Shown: one piece after another, positions 1 to 11,797 of the stretch
How positions within the stretch are numbered: the first letter of the stretch is position 1
Layout: each line of letters begins with the position of its first letter
From: Blastocladiella emersonii ATCC 22665
Taxonomy: Eukaryota; Fungi; Blastocladiomycota
Length of the DNA stretch: 64,000 nucleotides
NCBI GenBank assembly: GCA_025594325.1
Contig: JANHCV010000005.1
Coordinates: 1,488,001 to 1,552,000 of the forward strand
Direction of reading: 5' to 3'
Program-made: the position numbers and the translations under genes
The notes under the pieces: model-generated
What the model saw: the letters and a program-made list of their open reading frames with translations, nothing else
Databases searched by the model: none
Told to the model about the DNA's origin: nothing

Positions 1-733
1 GTCGAGGCGCTCGCCCAGATCAGCGAGCCGGGCCTTGTCAAACTCGCCGGGGAGGAGCTCCACTGCACGGCCAGCGAAGTTCGTGGCCGTGTCGTTGATC
101 AGGTTGAGCGTCGAGTCGCCGTATGCGACGTTCACGAAGGCGCCGCGGATCTTGGCGACCTGCGAGTGCGAGCGAACGCGTGCGCGAGCAAACGCGCGGA
201 GCATGGGAGATCAGTCGAGGCGGTCAAGATCCGCGGCGGCTTCATGCACATACCTTATCGAGCTCCGCGTCCGAGTTGGCGAGCTGGAGGCGGACGAGTA
301 GGGTCTTGATCTTGACGCGGTTGGCAAAGGGGTTCGAGCCGAGGAACGCGCCGCGCGCCTTGGCGTTCAGGTCCTGTTCGTGTTCGACAAGCAAGGACGT
401 GTCAGTCGACCAACCACCACGCGGCGGGGTGATGTGGGCACGGGGGCGAGCGGAGGTGATGTGAGCAACGAACCTTATCCAGACGTGGCCATGGTGGGCG
501 GTGGCGGAGACGAGGCGCGTCGGAGACCGGGTGCGCCGAGATCCGGGGCACGTTGACCACTGGACGAGCCGGCATCGTCGTTGCCGCCGTCGTCGTCGGA
601 ACCGCGGCTACCCGTCTCGAAGTCGTCGCGGGATCGGCGCTGCGGGACGACCGCGGCACCCGCGCGGCGTGGGCTGCTGCATGGTCGGGAGGGGCGGTTG
701 CGGCATGTCGGGATCGCCGTACTGCGTCGACAT
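1..733 (-). pseudogene. Spliced hypothetical gene divergent from the Plavaka transposase (3' end outside the window; 5' part frameshifted)
   Basis: Exon-like blocks bounded by GT/AG at about 1-150 (VAKIRGAFVNVAYGDSTLNLINDTATNF), 255-370 (DLNAKARGAFLGSNPFANRVKIKTLLVRL) and 476-733. Codon usage is GC3-rich. The frame from ATG 733 breaks near 610-630. Confidence 0.4.
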
Positions 734-980
734 GGTGGTGGTGGTGGGGATCGCCGTGCGCAGCAGGGCGGGTGCGGGGGGAGCGAGAGCGAGGGCGAGC
801 GGCTGCTGCCGCCGCGCTTTTAACGGGTGGCCGGCGATCATCACCTGACCCCACGAGGCGCAACCAACGCGCAGCGCGTTCGCCTCGGCGCCCGCAGCGG
901 CGCTCGCCCCCCTCTCCCTCTTCGCGGCGACCTCGGCTCTCTGTACCCTGCGCCTCCCGACCATCACCACCCCATGCAAC

Positions 981-3900
981 ATGACCGAGCGAACTAGATG
1001 CTCCTGCTGCGGCAAGGACTTTAGCGGCGGCCGACCCGGTGCTCCGCAGATCCAACCGCGAGTCGCGGTTGCCGCGCTCGTACTCGATGCTCGGCTACCT
1101 CGCCGGCGACGAGGCCATTGACCACCTGGCCCAACTTGCCCCGTCCCCGCCGCCGCCGCCATCACCCCGCGCGCCCATCGTGTACCCCGACGAACCGCTA
1201 AAACGTCGCTCGCGCGCCCCGCCCTCTGGCCAACTCGACGGTCGGCTGCTGTACTCGCTCGACGCCCCCGACGGGCCTCCATGCCCCGAGGAGGGCCCGC
1301 CCGGTTCGGAGGAGGAGGACGAGAACGAGGACGACGACAAGGACGAGCGGATCGCGTTTGGCGGTCTCGGCTGGGACGGCAGCGACGAGGATGACGAGGA
1401 CGTGCCCCCGGACGTCGAGGAACGATTAGGTACGTCGTCGTCTTCGCCCGCAGAGTTCACGGAGTTGACTTGGCGGCGGAAACAACTCACACGACATACG
1501 AACACGAACGTGACTACGCTTATAGACGACTCGCTCCCCGGGCGGCACCCCGCCGACGACGAGATGGACGTGGACATTGACGCGGACCGCATACGTACGT
1601 TTGTCACGGGCCGCGACCACGAAGACCACTTGCTCACTGAGCGCCGCCGCTCTCGCGTGAATGCAGGTGCCGCGTGGGAGCAGGACCCGTCGGGCCTCGT
1701 CGAAGCAGAGCTCAGCCGTCCCCATCCACCTCATCGCGCTCCCGTCGAGCTGCCTCGGCGGATGCTGCTCGAGGTCGTCTACCCCATCACCAACTACGCG
1801 TCCTTCTACTACATGTACTGGTTTTGTGGGGCCAAGGTGCAGTCGAAGAGTGACGTCAAGACCGACCTGCAGTTCCTCAAGCGCGGGCCACACATTGGGC
1901 CGCTCACCGTGGCCGACCTGTGCTTCGATTCGCGCGACACGGCCGACGCGTTCCTCCGCTGCAACCACAACTACCACGAGTATGTCACCGAGAAGATCAC
2001 CTCGGAGGTGTACGTGGTGCGCCGCCGCACCAGCTCGACCCAGTCCGGGCGCCAGCCGCGGCTGTACAAGGAGATCATTTCGCTGTTCCCGCACCACGAC
2101 GTTCTCGAGCTCATCGTGTCGATCCTCAAGAACCCCGCGCTGCAGAACTGCCTAGAGTGGGAGCCCGCCGAACGGGTGCACCCGCTGTTCGGCCCCATCT
2201 ACGGGTCCGCGGCCATGGCGCACGAGATCCGCCAGTACCAGAGCACGCTGCCCGCGGGGCACTACGCCGTCGGCTTCATCATCTCCTCGGACAAGTCGCT
2301 CGTCTCCCTGCGCAAGAGCGCCTGGCCCATGTACATCACGCTCGCCCTCATCCCGCCGCATGTGGCGCACCTGCACGAGCTGGGAACGGCCCGCCTCGTT
2401 GGGTACATGCCGAGCCTCGACCTCGCCACGTACAAGCTCGCCGACGGCCACGGCGCGCGCGAGCTGTGGCACGCGGGCACCCGCCAGCTCTGGACTGACG
2501 AGTTCATCGACGCCATGGTCAAGTACGTATCCCTGACAGCCATGCTCCCCCCGATCTCAGCACTGGTGGTTCACTGACATGCCGTGTCGCGTCACGTCTT
2601 GTCTCGTAGCGGCCTACGCGTCGAGTTTCTTCGCGCCGCTGGGGTCATCATCGAGCGCACCATCCGCCCCATGCTCTTTCTCTCCGTCGGCGATCTAGAA
2701 GAGATGGCGCTCGTCACGCTGACGCGCGGTCACAAGGGTGCCATGCCCTGTCCAAGGTACGGATTCCATCCGCGTGGCCTCTCTCTCGTTCTTGCTCCAG
2801 CGCACTCACACTCCACCGCCGTGCTCCACGGCTGCGCTCTGTGTAGCTGCGACGTGAAACTCGAGGACCTCGACAAAAACCCAGTCGAATCGACGTCCGT
2901 TTCGCGAACGTACCAGCTCGAGATCATCCAGGAGATGTCGCGCCGGTACTACGACCTCGCCCGCCGCGCCAAGGCCGCCCACGTCTCGCCCGCTGAGATG
3001 AAGGCCATCCACGCTGAGCGCGACCAGGTGCTCGACTTTCTCCAGCGATTTGGCCTGTGGCCAGAGGCGGTACGGTCTTTTGCGTCCCGCGGGCGTGTTC
3101 GTCCTCGTGTTCGTGTTCGTGTTCGCGCTGACGCGACCCACCTGTTTGCGCGCACGCGCGCGCGTATAGAATGCGTTCTGGATCGTGGTGCGGCGGGGTT
3201 CCAGCATTTTTGCGCGCACGGCCGTCGACCCGCTCCGCCAGATCGACCTCGGCATCACAAAGGGGTTCATTATACTCGTGATCAAGAACAGCCTCTTTGC
3301 CGACCACGCGCCCGACATTGCTCGTGGTCTCATCGCCGAGCTCGGGAGACGGCTCCGCGCCATGCCGCGGCCTCGCACCATGGACCGCGTCCTCAACGGC
3401 CCGCTCATCTTCCGCCTGAACAAGGAGAAGGCCAAGGACAAGGACAAGGGCCCGTCGTCGTCGCTCACGGCCGTCGAGTTCCGCAACCTCGTGCGGGTAC
3501 GCGCGTCTCCTGCGAGCGCTGTTCCCGCTGGTCATGTCACTCACCCATTGCACTGCGTTGTTGCATCGGATCGTATTAGCTCATCGTGGTCGCGGGCATC
3601 GGGATCCTGGCCGCCGACGTGCTCGAGATGCTCGCGCACTACTCGCAGTTCTGCACCCTCATCCGCGCGCCTGCGCCGTCCGAGTGGCTGCTGCAGCGCG
3701 CCACCCAGGCCCTCTACGACTTCCACTACGCGGCGCTTCGGGTCGCGGCTCGCACCGGCACCAAGCCGCCGGGCACGCTCAAGTACCACCGGCTGGGCGA
3801 GTACGCTCCGTCCATCCGTGCCAACGGGCCGACGTCCGTCATGACGACCGAGGGCACGGAGCGCATGCACAAGTTCTACGCCAAGACGCTGTCCAAGCTG

Positions 3901-5093
3901 TCCAACTTCTCCAGCACGGCGGCGGTGCAGATGATCGCGCGCGCGGCGAGCTGCGCGACGCTCTCGGCCATGGCCCGCGAGCTGCTCGTTTGTGTTGATG
4001 GGCAGGTACGTGTTGGTTTGGTTGCTCGCTCGACTCTCTGCTTGTCCCCATCCGTTTGCTCATCCGCTGCGCATCCGCCGCGCGCCTCACCAGGGATACG
4101 ACACGGACGCGTTCGCGACCAGCTCGCCCGTGGCCCAGCACGCCGAGCTGCTCCAGTACACCACCTTCGACCTGCTGCGCTTTGGGCCCTCGCCCGACAT
4201 CAAGCCCCTGTACGGCTCGCTGAAATGCTACCCTTTCAACGTCGTGTGCAGCGGCGCGTGGCGCTTCCTGCGCATGCTGGTCGCGGGGTACCTTCACGAT
4301 GTGTTTGCTGGCCCGCAGGTCGAGTTCCCTTACTACGAGCCCAGCCAGTGGCTTGAGGCGGACGACAACAAGGTGCGGCTCCGCTCGATCCGCCGAGTAG
4401 CCCGAGTGCTTGACGAGGATCACTCACCACCACCACATGCATGCAATAGTGCTTTGTGGGGGCGACGATCACGATCGAGGAGGTGTCGATTGCCAGCTTC
4501 CGCGCCGCCATGATCACGGGCAAGTGCGCGGTCCGCCGCCCCGGCGAGGAGCTCGACCCGCTGTCCACGTCAGCGGCGTGGGTGCTGGTACGTCGCTGCG
4601 AGCTCTCATCTCCAGCGAGCGAGCAGGCGCAATCTCACTTGCAACTCGGCATCGCGTCGCGATGCGTCCCCTCCCGCCCGCCCCCCCCCCCCCTCCGTCC
4701 CATCTGCGACTGTAGTACGCGACGTCCGAGCGCAAGTACCGCGTCGGGCGGCTCATCACGGTGCTCCGCTTCCACTGCAAGGGCCACGCGTTCGACCTGG
4801 CCGTGGTCGAGCACTTCCGCATGATGCGGGCGCCGCCGGCGGGCATGGCCCAGCCCCGGTATCCCGGCGGCCGCCCCTACTCGGTCAGGCCCGCGCCAAG
4901 CTCGGCCGACCGGTACCACCTGGTCGACGTGGCCGCGTTCCGCAACTTTGTGCACGTCGTGCCCCGCATGCGGCTCGAGTCCGAGGTTCCCGTTCGCCAG
5001 CACTCAGAGTGGCTCATCAACGCGTTCGAGGGCGCCTGCACGGGCGCGCTCCTGACGCATCTCGAGGAGAAGGAGGCGCTCGAGCTCCACTAA
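981..5093 (+). CDS. Plavaka-family (CACTA/EnSpm-related) DDE transposase, multi-exon
   Basis: Motifs read across GT-AG introns: GFIISSDKSLVSLRKSAWPMYITLALIP, SVGDLEEMALV...CPSC, VDPLRQIDLG, KYHRLGEYAPSIRANGPTSVMTTEGTERMHKFYAK and a C-terminal RNFVHVVP. These match the Plavaka pattern (SDxT...PxYxTxxN; DyPE..CPxC; PKxH...GxxxxxxTExxExxH). The exact start is uncertain (981 or 1088). Confidence 0.85.
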
Positions 5094-5280
5094 ACGCACC
5101 GGCGCGCAAACTCAAGCGCGAGCGCGCGGGCGCCCGCTGTGCACAAGCGCCTGCGGCGCGTGGCGGTGGGCGAGTATTGCATCAAGTGGCGGGACAATAT
5201 TTATCAAGATATACATGAGTTTCCATGGGTCACTCCCGAGCCGAGGAGCGGAGGAGGAGAAGAGGCTGCAAGGGCGGGCC

Positions 5281-5460
5281 GGTCGTGCGACTCCAACGGG
5301 ACCCCGCCAGCCATTTCTCGCGCGACCAGTCGTGCGACGCGACCCATCGGTCGTGCGACCAACACGGCAGTCGCACGACCCGTCGCACGACCGGTGCCGC
5401 GAGAAATGGCTGGCGGCGCGGCCGCGGTCGCACGACCGGTCCCGCGAAAAATGGCAAGGG
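5281..5460. repeat. Subterminal palindromic repeat array downstream of the Plavaka transposase
   Basis: Six copies of GTCG-CA/TG-CGAC (reverse at 5281, 5329, 5349; forward at 5370, 5382, 5427). A perfect 19-bp inverted pair lies at 5304-5322 / 5398-5416. Confidence 0.75.
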
Positions 5461-5510
5461 GTCGGTTTGGCGATGTCGTTGATCACGGCCGCCCGTGCTC
5501 ACGTGGCGGC

Positions 5511-5531
5511 AACGTGATATCGCGACGCGTC
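5511..5531 (-). promoter_or_regulatory. Orphan copy of the upstream motif GACGCGTCGCGATATCACGTT
   Basis: Exact 21-bp reverse-complement match to 28910-28930, which lies upstream of an Ank-LRR paralogue. It is followed by CACGTG as in the other copies. Confidence 0.5.
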
Positions 5532-5711
5532 CCAACGGCGGTCGAAGTCCGAAAGAGGAGACGGTGCAGTTACACAAAATGAACGTTCTATATGAACAAG
5601 AAAATAGAACGGGAACGCGCGGGCGAGCAAGCGGACGACGAGCGGGCGAAGGAGAAGAAACAAAATGAACATTACGACAGCAGCAGAAGCACCAGACGAA
5701 ATGAGCAACAG

Positions 5712-7695
5712 CTAGGCCCGAATGGGCGTCGGAGCGGTGGCCCGTGTGGTCGACGTGACAACGGCGGCAGCAGCGACATCCGTCGCAGCGGGGTGGACCG
5801 CGAACTTGGTCGCGAGCGAAGGATTCTCCTTGATGATGGAGGCGATGGGCACGAGGGTTGCGGGCAGGTGGAGCTCGGGGTGCAGCGGCACGAAGTCGCG
5901 CAGGTGGGCCTCGTTCTCGTGCTTGGCAATGAGCGCCTCAAGCGTGCTGTTGAGCGCGCCACCAACCGACGAGGTCGAGAAGCCCGGCGGCGGCGCGAAG
6001 CACAGGTGATGGCCTGGCCCGCAACCGGGATCGGTGATGCGGCGGCACTGGCACGAGCACGGGTCCGAGGGCTGCAGCAGCTGGATACCAGCGACCGCCG
6101 AAGTGCAAACGAGCCCAAACGTCGTGGATCTCGTCACGCCGCACATGAACTTGACGCCCTCGAAGAACACCTGCGTCCAGCCCTTGGATACGTCGTCGCT
6201 ACAGGCCCACGTGCACGACGTCTCCTCGGGGATCGACTTGGCCTGGCATGCACGCTGCATGTCCCACAGCCCGTTGGTCTTGAAGCTTCCTTCGGATTCG
6301 GCCAAGAAACGTTGCTCGCGGCCGCCGTGGCAATGCCAAAGGATGAGCGGCTGACCGTTACGATCGCCGTTGAAGCCTGCGTGATGATGGCCGAGCATGG
6401 AGGAGCCAGCGAGAAAGTAAGGGTGGGACCAGTATGTCAGTGATCTGACGCTCAAACGTTTCGGCGGGAGAGTCGGCAGTTCAAGAAATAATGAAACAGA
6501 ACGTACCGCCAGACGGATCGAGGCACAAGTTGTGGTTGAGCGCGGAGCGCCAGGCCATGCTCTTGTCGGTCGGGTCGACATACCAGTACTGCGCCGGCGT
6601 GCCATTGCTGTGTAGGAAGGAGGCGGGTAGAGCCGACAGGCACTCTTGTTAGCGTCGGATGCGCTCCTTGGACTTCGGAACACGAGCGCAACGCACCACT
6701 TGTACCACTGCACGCGCGCACCAGCGAACGCGTTACCGCCGGCGACGTCAAGGCAGTAGTCCACGCCGCGCAGGTGGCGAAGAACTCTAAAAGAGGGCAA
6801 TGAGCGAGTGGTTGGGTGAGTGGTAGGGTGAGTGAGTGGGTGAGCGGAACGGGGTGCTTGCGATGGCTCTGATGATGATGCCTGAGTTCATGCTGGAGGC
6901 AAAAGGTTCCTTGCGAGGCAAGGTACCGATCAATCCGACCAAGCGTGCGAACAGACGAGCCAGCAAGGAAGGAGAGACAGTCGCCGACGTCAAGGCAAAA
7001 GTGGCGTACCGGTAGTTCCAGGAACCGACCTCGCCGCCACGGTTGAAAAGCTGGGCAATGGCATTCGGGTTCGGGTGGCCGTGGCAGGCCCACATCTGCG
7101 CAGTAGCCGAGACCCCGTCTAGAAATCACACACACGGTACGTTGTCGCGTCGTCAGCGACGCGTCGGGTTGAGCGCAAGACGGACAAGCAGCCGGCACGT
7201 ACTGGCAGACTTGATGTCAAAGTCGACGCAGCGACTGGCGTTGGCGGACCCGTCGGCCGAGGGATGAACCATGCCCACGTTGGCCAGGTTGATGCTATGG
7301 AGAAGTTGGTTGGCGTTGTAGCTGGTTAGCAAATAGTTCATAGGGTCGCGCGACGAAGGTGGTGACAGATCGGGATCAGGATCGGGAGAGCGTGAGCGAG
7401 GCGGAGGAGGGCGCGAAACGCAGCGGCGGGGTGAGGGCGAGCAGGGAAAATGATGGGAGCCGTGATCATACTCGCTCGACCACCAATCGCCCATAGCCCG
7501 GATGGGCGGCTCGGGCACCGCCGTCGCGAGAGCCGGCGCGCGCGTGGCCGGGATGGCCGGCTTGGGCGCGGCCAAGAGAGTCGGCACGGGCTTAGCCAGC
7601 TGGGCCGTTGACTCGGGCTTCGCGAGCAGAGTCGGCAGGGCGGCAAGACCAATGAGGAAGGCGAGGAAGGCGAACACGAAGCGCCGGAAGTGCAT
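5712..7695 (-). CDS. Secreted ricin-B (beta-trefoil) lectin-domain protein with Cys-rich C-terminus, multi-exon
   Basis: Signal peptide MHFRRFVFAFLAFLIGLAALPTLLA. Spliced ricin-type repeats: CVDFD, QMWACHG..AQLF, YCLDVAGGNAFAGARVQWYKWCNGTPAQYW, LCLDPSG, NGQPLILWHCHGGREQRF. TATAAA at 7790-7795. Confidence 0.8.
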
Positions 7696-7789
7696 GGTTG
7701 CTTGTTGTTGCACGGCTGCACGCGTAGTATGGAGGGCGGAGGGCGATGGCAGAGCGAGCGAGCGAGACGGGCGCGGGGACCCTTGAAGC

Positions 7790-7795
7790 TTTATA
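7790..7795 (-). promoter_or_regulatory. TATA box of the lectin gene
   Basis: TATAAA on the minus strand about 95 bp upstream of ATG 7695. Confidence 0.5.
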
Positions 7796-9159
7796 CCGAG
7801 CGCCGCACCCGCCCGCCTGCCCGCACTGCGACTCGGCGACAGACTCGGCGACAACAAGGCAGCAGCCGCTGCGTCTCGCTGGCGGCATGTTCGCCGGCGG
7901 CGGCGACGACCAAGTCGCGTCCTGCAGATGTGCCAAGTTGCAGAAAGCTTGCGCGGCCGAGCGGGCCCATGCGTTGGTGCCAGAGATCAGCAGCCCAAGG
8001 GGCCCACGCACGCTCGTGCAGCAACATTGTCGGGCGGAGCGACCCATGCGTTGTGTCAGTGTGGGCCAGCGACGCTGGTGAGCGGGCAGTCGCGCGCACG
8101 CGCACGTTCAGCGACTCCGTCATCGTTGCGACCCATGCGTTGCGTCAGTGTGGGCCAGCGTCCTGGGCGAGCGGACTCGCGCAGGAAAAGTCGCGCCGCT
8201 CATCCAGCGACTTGGCCATCGTCGTGCAGAGCAGCATGGGCCCACGGCGCCCTGTACCGCGCCGCACCACACCGCTCGCTGCACGCGCGCGCGCGCGAGC
8301 CGGATCCGCGCCGGATCGGACCCGACTCGGAGCTTGCAGCGGAAGCCCTGATCCTAAGGAAGACGTGTGGGTGACCGACGCGTTTGCTGCAGGGTATGAC
8401 CCCGCGGCCCGCAGCACGTAGGCATGGCACATTAGAGCGAAGTGTAGCACGCTGATCGCGGCGCGACTGCGACAACCACTGGCCACGGCGGGCGAGCTAA
8501 GCGCGAGGAGGTCTCCGCGTCGCCCAGAGTGCGAGTGCGCGTGCGCGCGCGCGCGTGGCTCGGCCGAAGCAAGCTTTGATGCAGCACTCGTACGAGGCTT
8601 CGACTGCGCGATCCGACCATAGGGTCGACTTGCGACTGATTGATTTGATGAGGTCATGCGATGCTTTGAGTGCAGCTGACCCGCAGGACACGGCGGCAGC
8701 AGCAAACGGCGGCGGCGGCGGCGGCGGCGGCGGCAAACAAGGGGCGGGCAGCCGGCGCGAACATCCGCACGAGCGCGAATCATCGAACGGGTGGCGCGAG
8801 CGGGTGGCGTGACGCGCCGCGCATCCGGTCCGCGCTGCACGCGCACGTTGCGCAAGCTCGCAAGTCAAGGGCCAATAGGGTGCGAGCGGGTGCGAGGGCG
8901 GAAGCACCCTGCGATGATCGGTGCGCTGTCGTAGCCACCGCCACCGACGCCACCGCCACAGCGGCCGCGCGCGATTCTTCGCAGCGCGTGCGCTCGCCGC
9001 TGCCTCCGCCGGGTGTGGCCACCATTGAGAATGAGGGCGGCAGCCAACGGCACAGCCGCCGAGCGCGCGCGGGCAAGCAAGCAAACAAGCGACTGAGCGG
9101 GCGACGAGACGTGTATACCACTGAACTGACATGATTCGCACGTTCGCCTCGCCGGATCG

Positions 9160-10948
9160 TTACAGGCACCGGAGAAGAGCATGTGCGAGAGGCGTGAGTT
9201 GGAGTGAAGGATAGAGGAGGGAGACATGAGGCATGATGCATGAGGGAAGTGGGAAGTGGGCCGTGAGACAGCGCAAACAATCGACGGGGTTACGCGAAGG
9301 GAGAAGCGAGTCAGGCCAGAGATCAGCCCGTCGCGCCCACGACATGATCGCCATGGCGACGCCGGCGACGAGCAGGGCGATTGTGGTCGCACTGTGGGCT
9401 TGGTTGAGGAGCTTGGACGGAGCGCCGCTGGGCACCTGGGTCACGAGCGCGGGGGCAGGCGACGGCGAGCCAGGGATCGCTGCCGCCGCCGTGGCGGTGG
9501 CCGCGGCCGTCGTCACGTTGGTCGCCGCCGTGGCAGTCGCCGTCTCGGTGGCAGTCGCTGTGGTGCTACTGTCCTTGAGCGCGTGGGCCGCAGCAGCACG
9601 AGCCGCAAGCGATGGGTTGAGGAACGGCGACGCGCCAGCCGCGCGGTACGCATCCTGGCCGAGGCACTCGTCGAGGCCCACGAGCTTGATACCCGGCTGC
9701 GAGCGGAGGTAGTCGATGATCAGATTGGTCGCGCGGACTGACTACGCATGCGAAGGTCGTGCGAGTTGTCAGTGACCGATTAACCGTGGCCATCGTCGGC
9801 AAAAGACGTACATATCCAAGCGTGTCATGCTGGAGATGGATCCACGACGACTCGGGGCGGACGAGCTCGAAGCGGGTGCGGAACTGAGCGAGCACGTTTT
9901 CGGGCGTCGCACGCGCAGTCTTGTCCAGCTGCCAGTCATCGGTATCGGCTACAGGTTTCGATGCGGTGAGGCATAAACCGGCATGGCCGCGACGTCGCAA
10001 GGGGGGAGCATCACACGGACCGTTGATGTTAATGGGCACGTAACCAGCCGACTCGAGGTAGCCCATGGAGCGCGCGTTGAAGTCGGGGAACGGCGGGCGG
10101 ACGAAGCGCGGGTGCACGCCGATCACCGAGTGCACGGCCACGTCGTTGAGCAGGATCTCGGCGCGCAGGTCAGCGAACGGCATGGCACCCTTGGGCACCG
10201 GCCGGTTGTTGTACTGGACGTGGCCGCTATCGCCAAGGCTGCGATGCGAGTACGTGTGCATGCCGATGACGTGGCCAGCTACACGCGCGAAAGAAAATGG
10301 AGAACGGGCGTGGCAGTCAGTCCGTGATCGACGGGTTGATCCGCCGCTGCGACGCAGCGTCACGTCAGACAAGCGTACACGCGCGCGAGTGTACGCACCG
10401 TCGTGTGCCTTCTTGAGCGACGCGGCGCGCGCGGGGGAGCGCATCACCTCGACGCCGAGGACAAAGAACGTGGCGCGCACTTTGGCCGCGCCAAGAATAT
10501 CGATGAGACTGTCGGTGAACTGGTTTGGTTGGTCAACGGCGCGCGATTGCGGTCAGATGTCGCCAGTTTCCACCATCACAGACAGAAAAATCTTGCGAGT
10601 ACATACCTCGGAGGTTCCATCATCGAACGTGAGCGCCATGTGGCCCTTTGTCTTGCACTGGCGGATCGGCGCGGGGACCGAGCAGGACCCGCAGTCGGCC
10701 GCGCACGTCGCACACGTCTCGCCGAGGTGAATCTCGCACACGCCGTTGCCGCACTTGGCAGGCCCGTCGCCGAGCGCGGCCGTCTCGGCAGCGAGGAACG
10801 CGTTCACGGCGGCAGCGGGCGGCTGCGCGCAGTTGGCGAGGTAGCACCACTGGCTCGGCGGCGCGAACGTCACGGCCTGCGCCGTCCGGGGTGTGATCGC
10901 GGCGACGAGGAGGGCAGCGAGAAGAGCGAGATGGATGAGCTTGGCCAT
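9160..10948 (-). CDS. Secreted/anchored chitin deacetylase (NodB/CE4 polysaccharide deacetylase), multi-exon
   Basis: Signal peptide and Cys-rich CGNGVC..ETCATCAADCGSC module. All CE4 motifs are present: TFDDG, HTYSH, RPPF, DTDDW, LQHD, then DECLG. A Thr/Ala-rich stalk and hydrophobic stretch follow. The exact C-terminus is uncertain. Confidence 0.9.
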
Positions 10949-11797
10949 GGTCTAATTTGAGGTTGATCTACAGGGCGCCGAGGTCGCCCGTCTAAGTGTG
11001 CAAGGGCGAACCGAGAGCACGAGTCGCCGCCGGGGAGGCGTTGGTCTTTGCTCGTCGCACAGCCCGTCACAAGTGCGAACTTGACGGGGCGAGTCGCGGT
11101 GGGCGCGCCGGAACCTCTGACAGTCTTGCTGCCTGGCTCCGCGCATGCGCACGCGAGTTCTACGCCACAGGCGCCCGGGCGCGGCGCCGCGCGCATGGGC
11201 CACGTCCAAGTTTCTGGCAAAATGAGAACCGATGCAAGATCACGCCCACCGCCTTGTTCTCCTTGCGCAGGATCAGAGGAACTAAACTGGCAGGATGGAC
11301 CGCGAGCGCGAGACGCGTCGCTTTATCATGTGACGCGACAATGATCATGATCATGATCAACGCTGCCGCCCCGTGCGAGGCCTAGCTTCCGGGCAAATGC
11401 GCCCACGGTCAAGTCTGACGAAGAACTCGCTGCAAGGGGCTTGGGCGAGTGTCGCGGTAGATACGAGAGGTCCTGAGCCGCTACCACAAGGCTATGCCGA
11501 GGCTTCCACGATGCCTGTGGTGTCTCATGTGTTCGGCACGACAGCAAGCGGGACGCGCACCAGATCTTTGTGGTAGAGGGCGTCAACCTCGCCGTAGCGC
11601 TAGTCACACGGTCTTGCTTGGCGAGAAGATTCACGGCGCCATGATGGAGCAGTGTGGGTTCCGCGCGCCCGCACGCAGACTTGAAGTTCGGGTGGTCTAA
11701 CAGCTCGCAGTTGCATGAACGGAATGTAGATGTCCCTCTCGAGAACGCAATATCTAATATAGTAGCTAAAGCGTTATAGTGTCACGATTTCTCACAC

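Noticed and set aside
5281-5460. Short repeats as a CRISPR array (also 28851-28892)
   Set aside because: Units are 10-14 bp, partly inverted or directly tandem, with no unique equal-length spacers and no cas genes. The context is eukaryotic.
7900-9150. Several 100-240-aa ORFs between the lectin and deacetylase genes
   Set aside because: Low-complexity translations in all frames, with no splice-consistent model or motif. Treated as intergenic.
11370-11700. Short ORFs upstream of the deacetylase that might be a decayed gene
   Set aside because: Fragments are under 70 aa, frames are inconsistent, and there is no recognisable homology.
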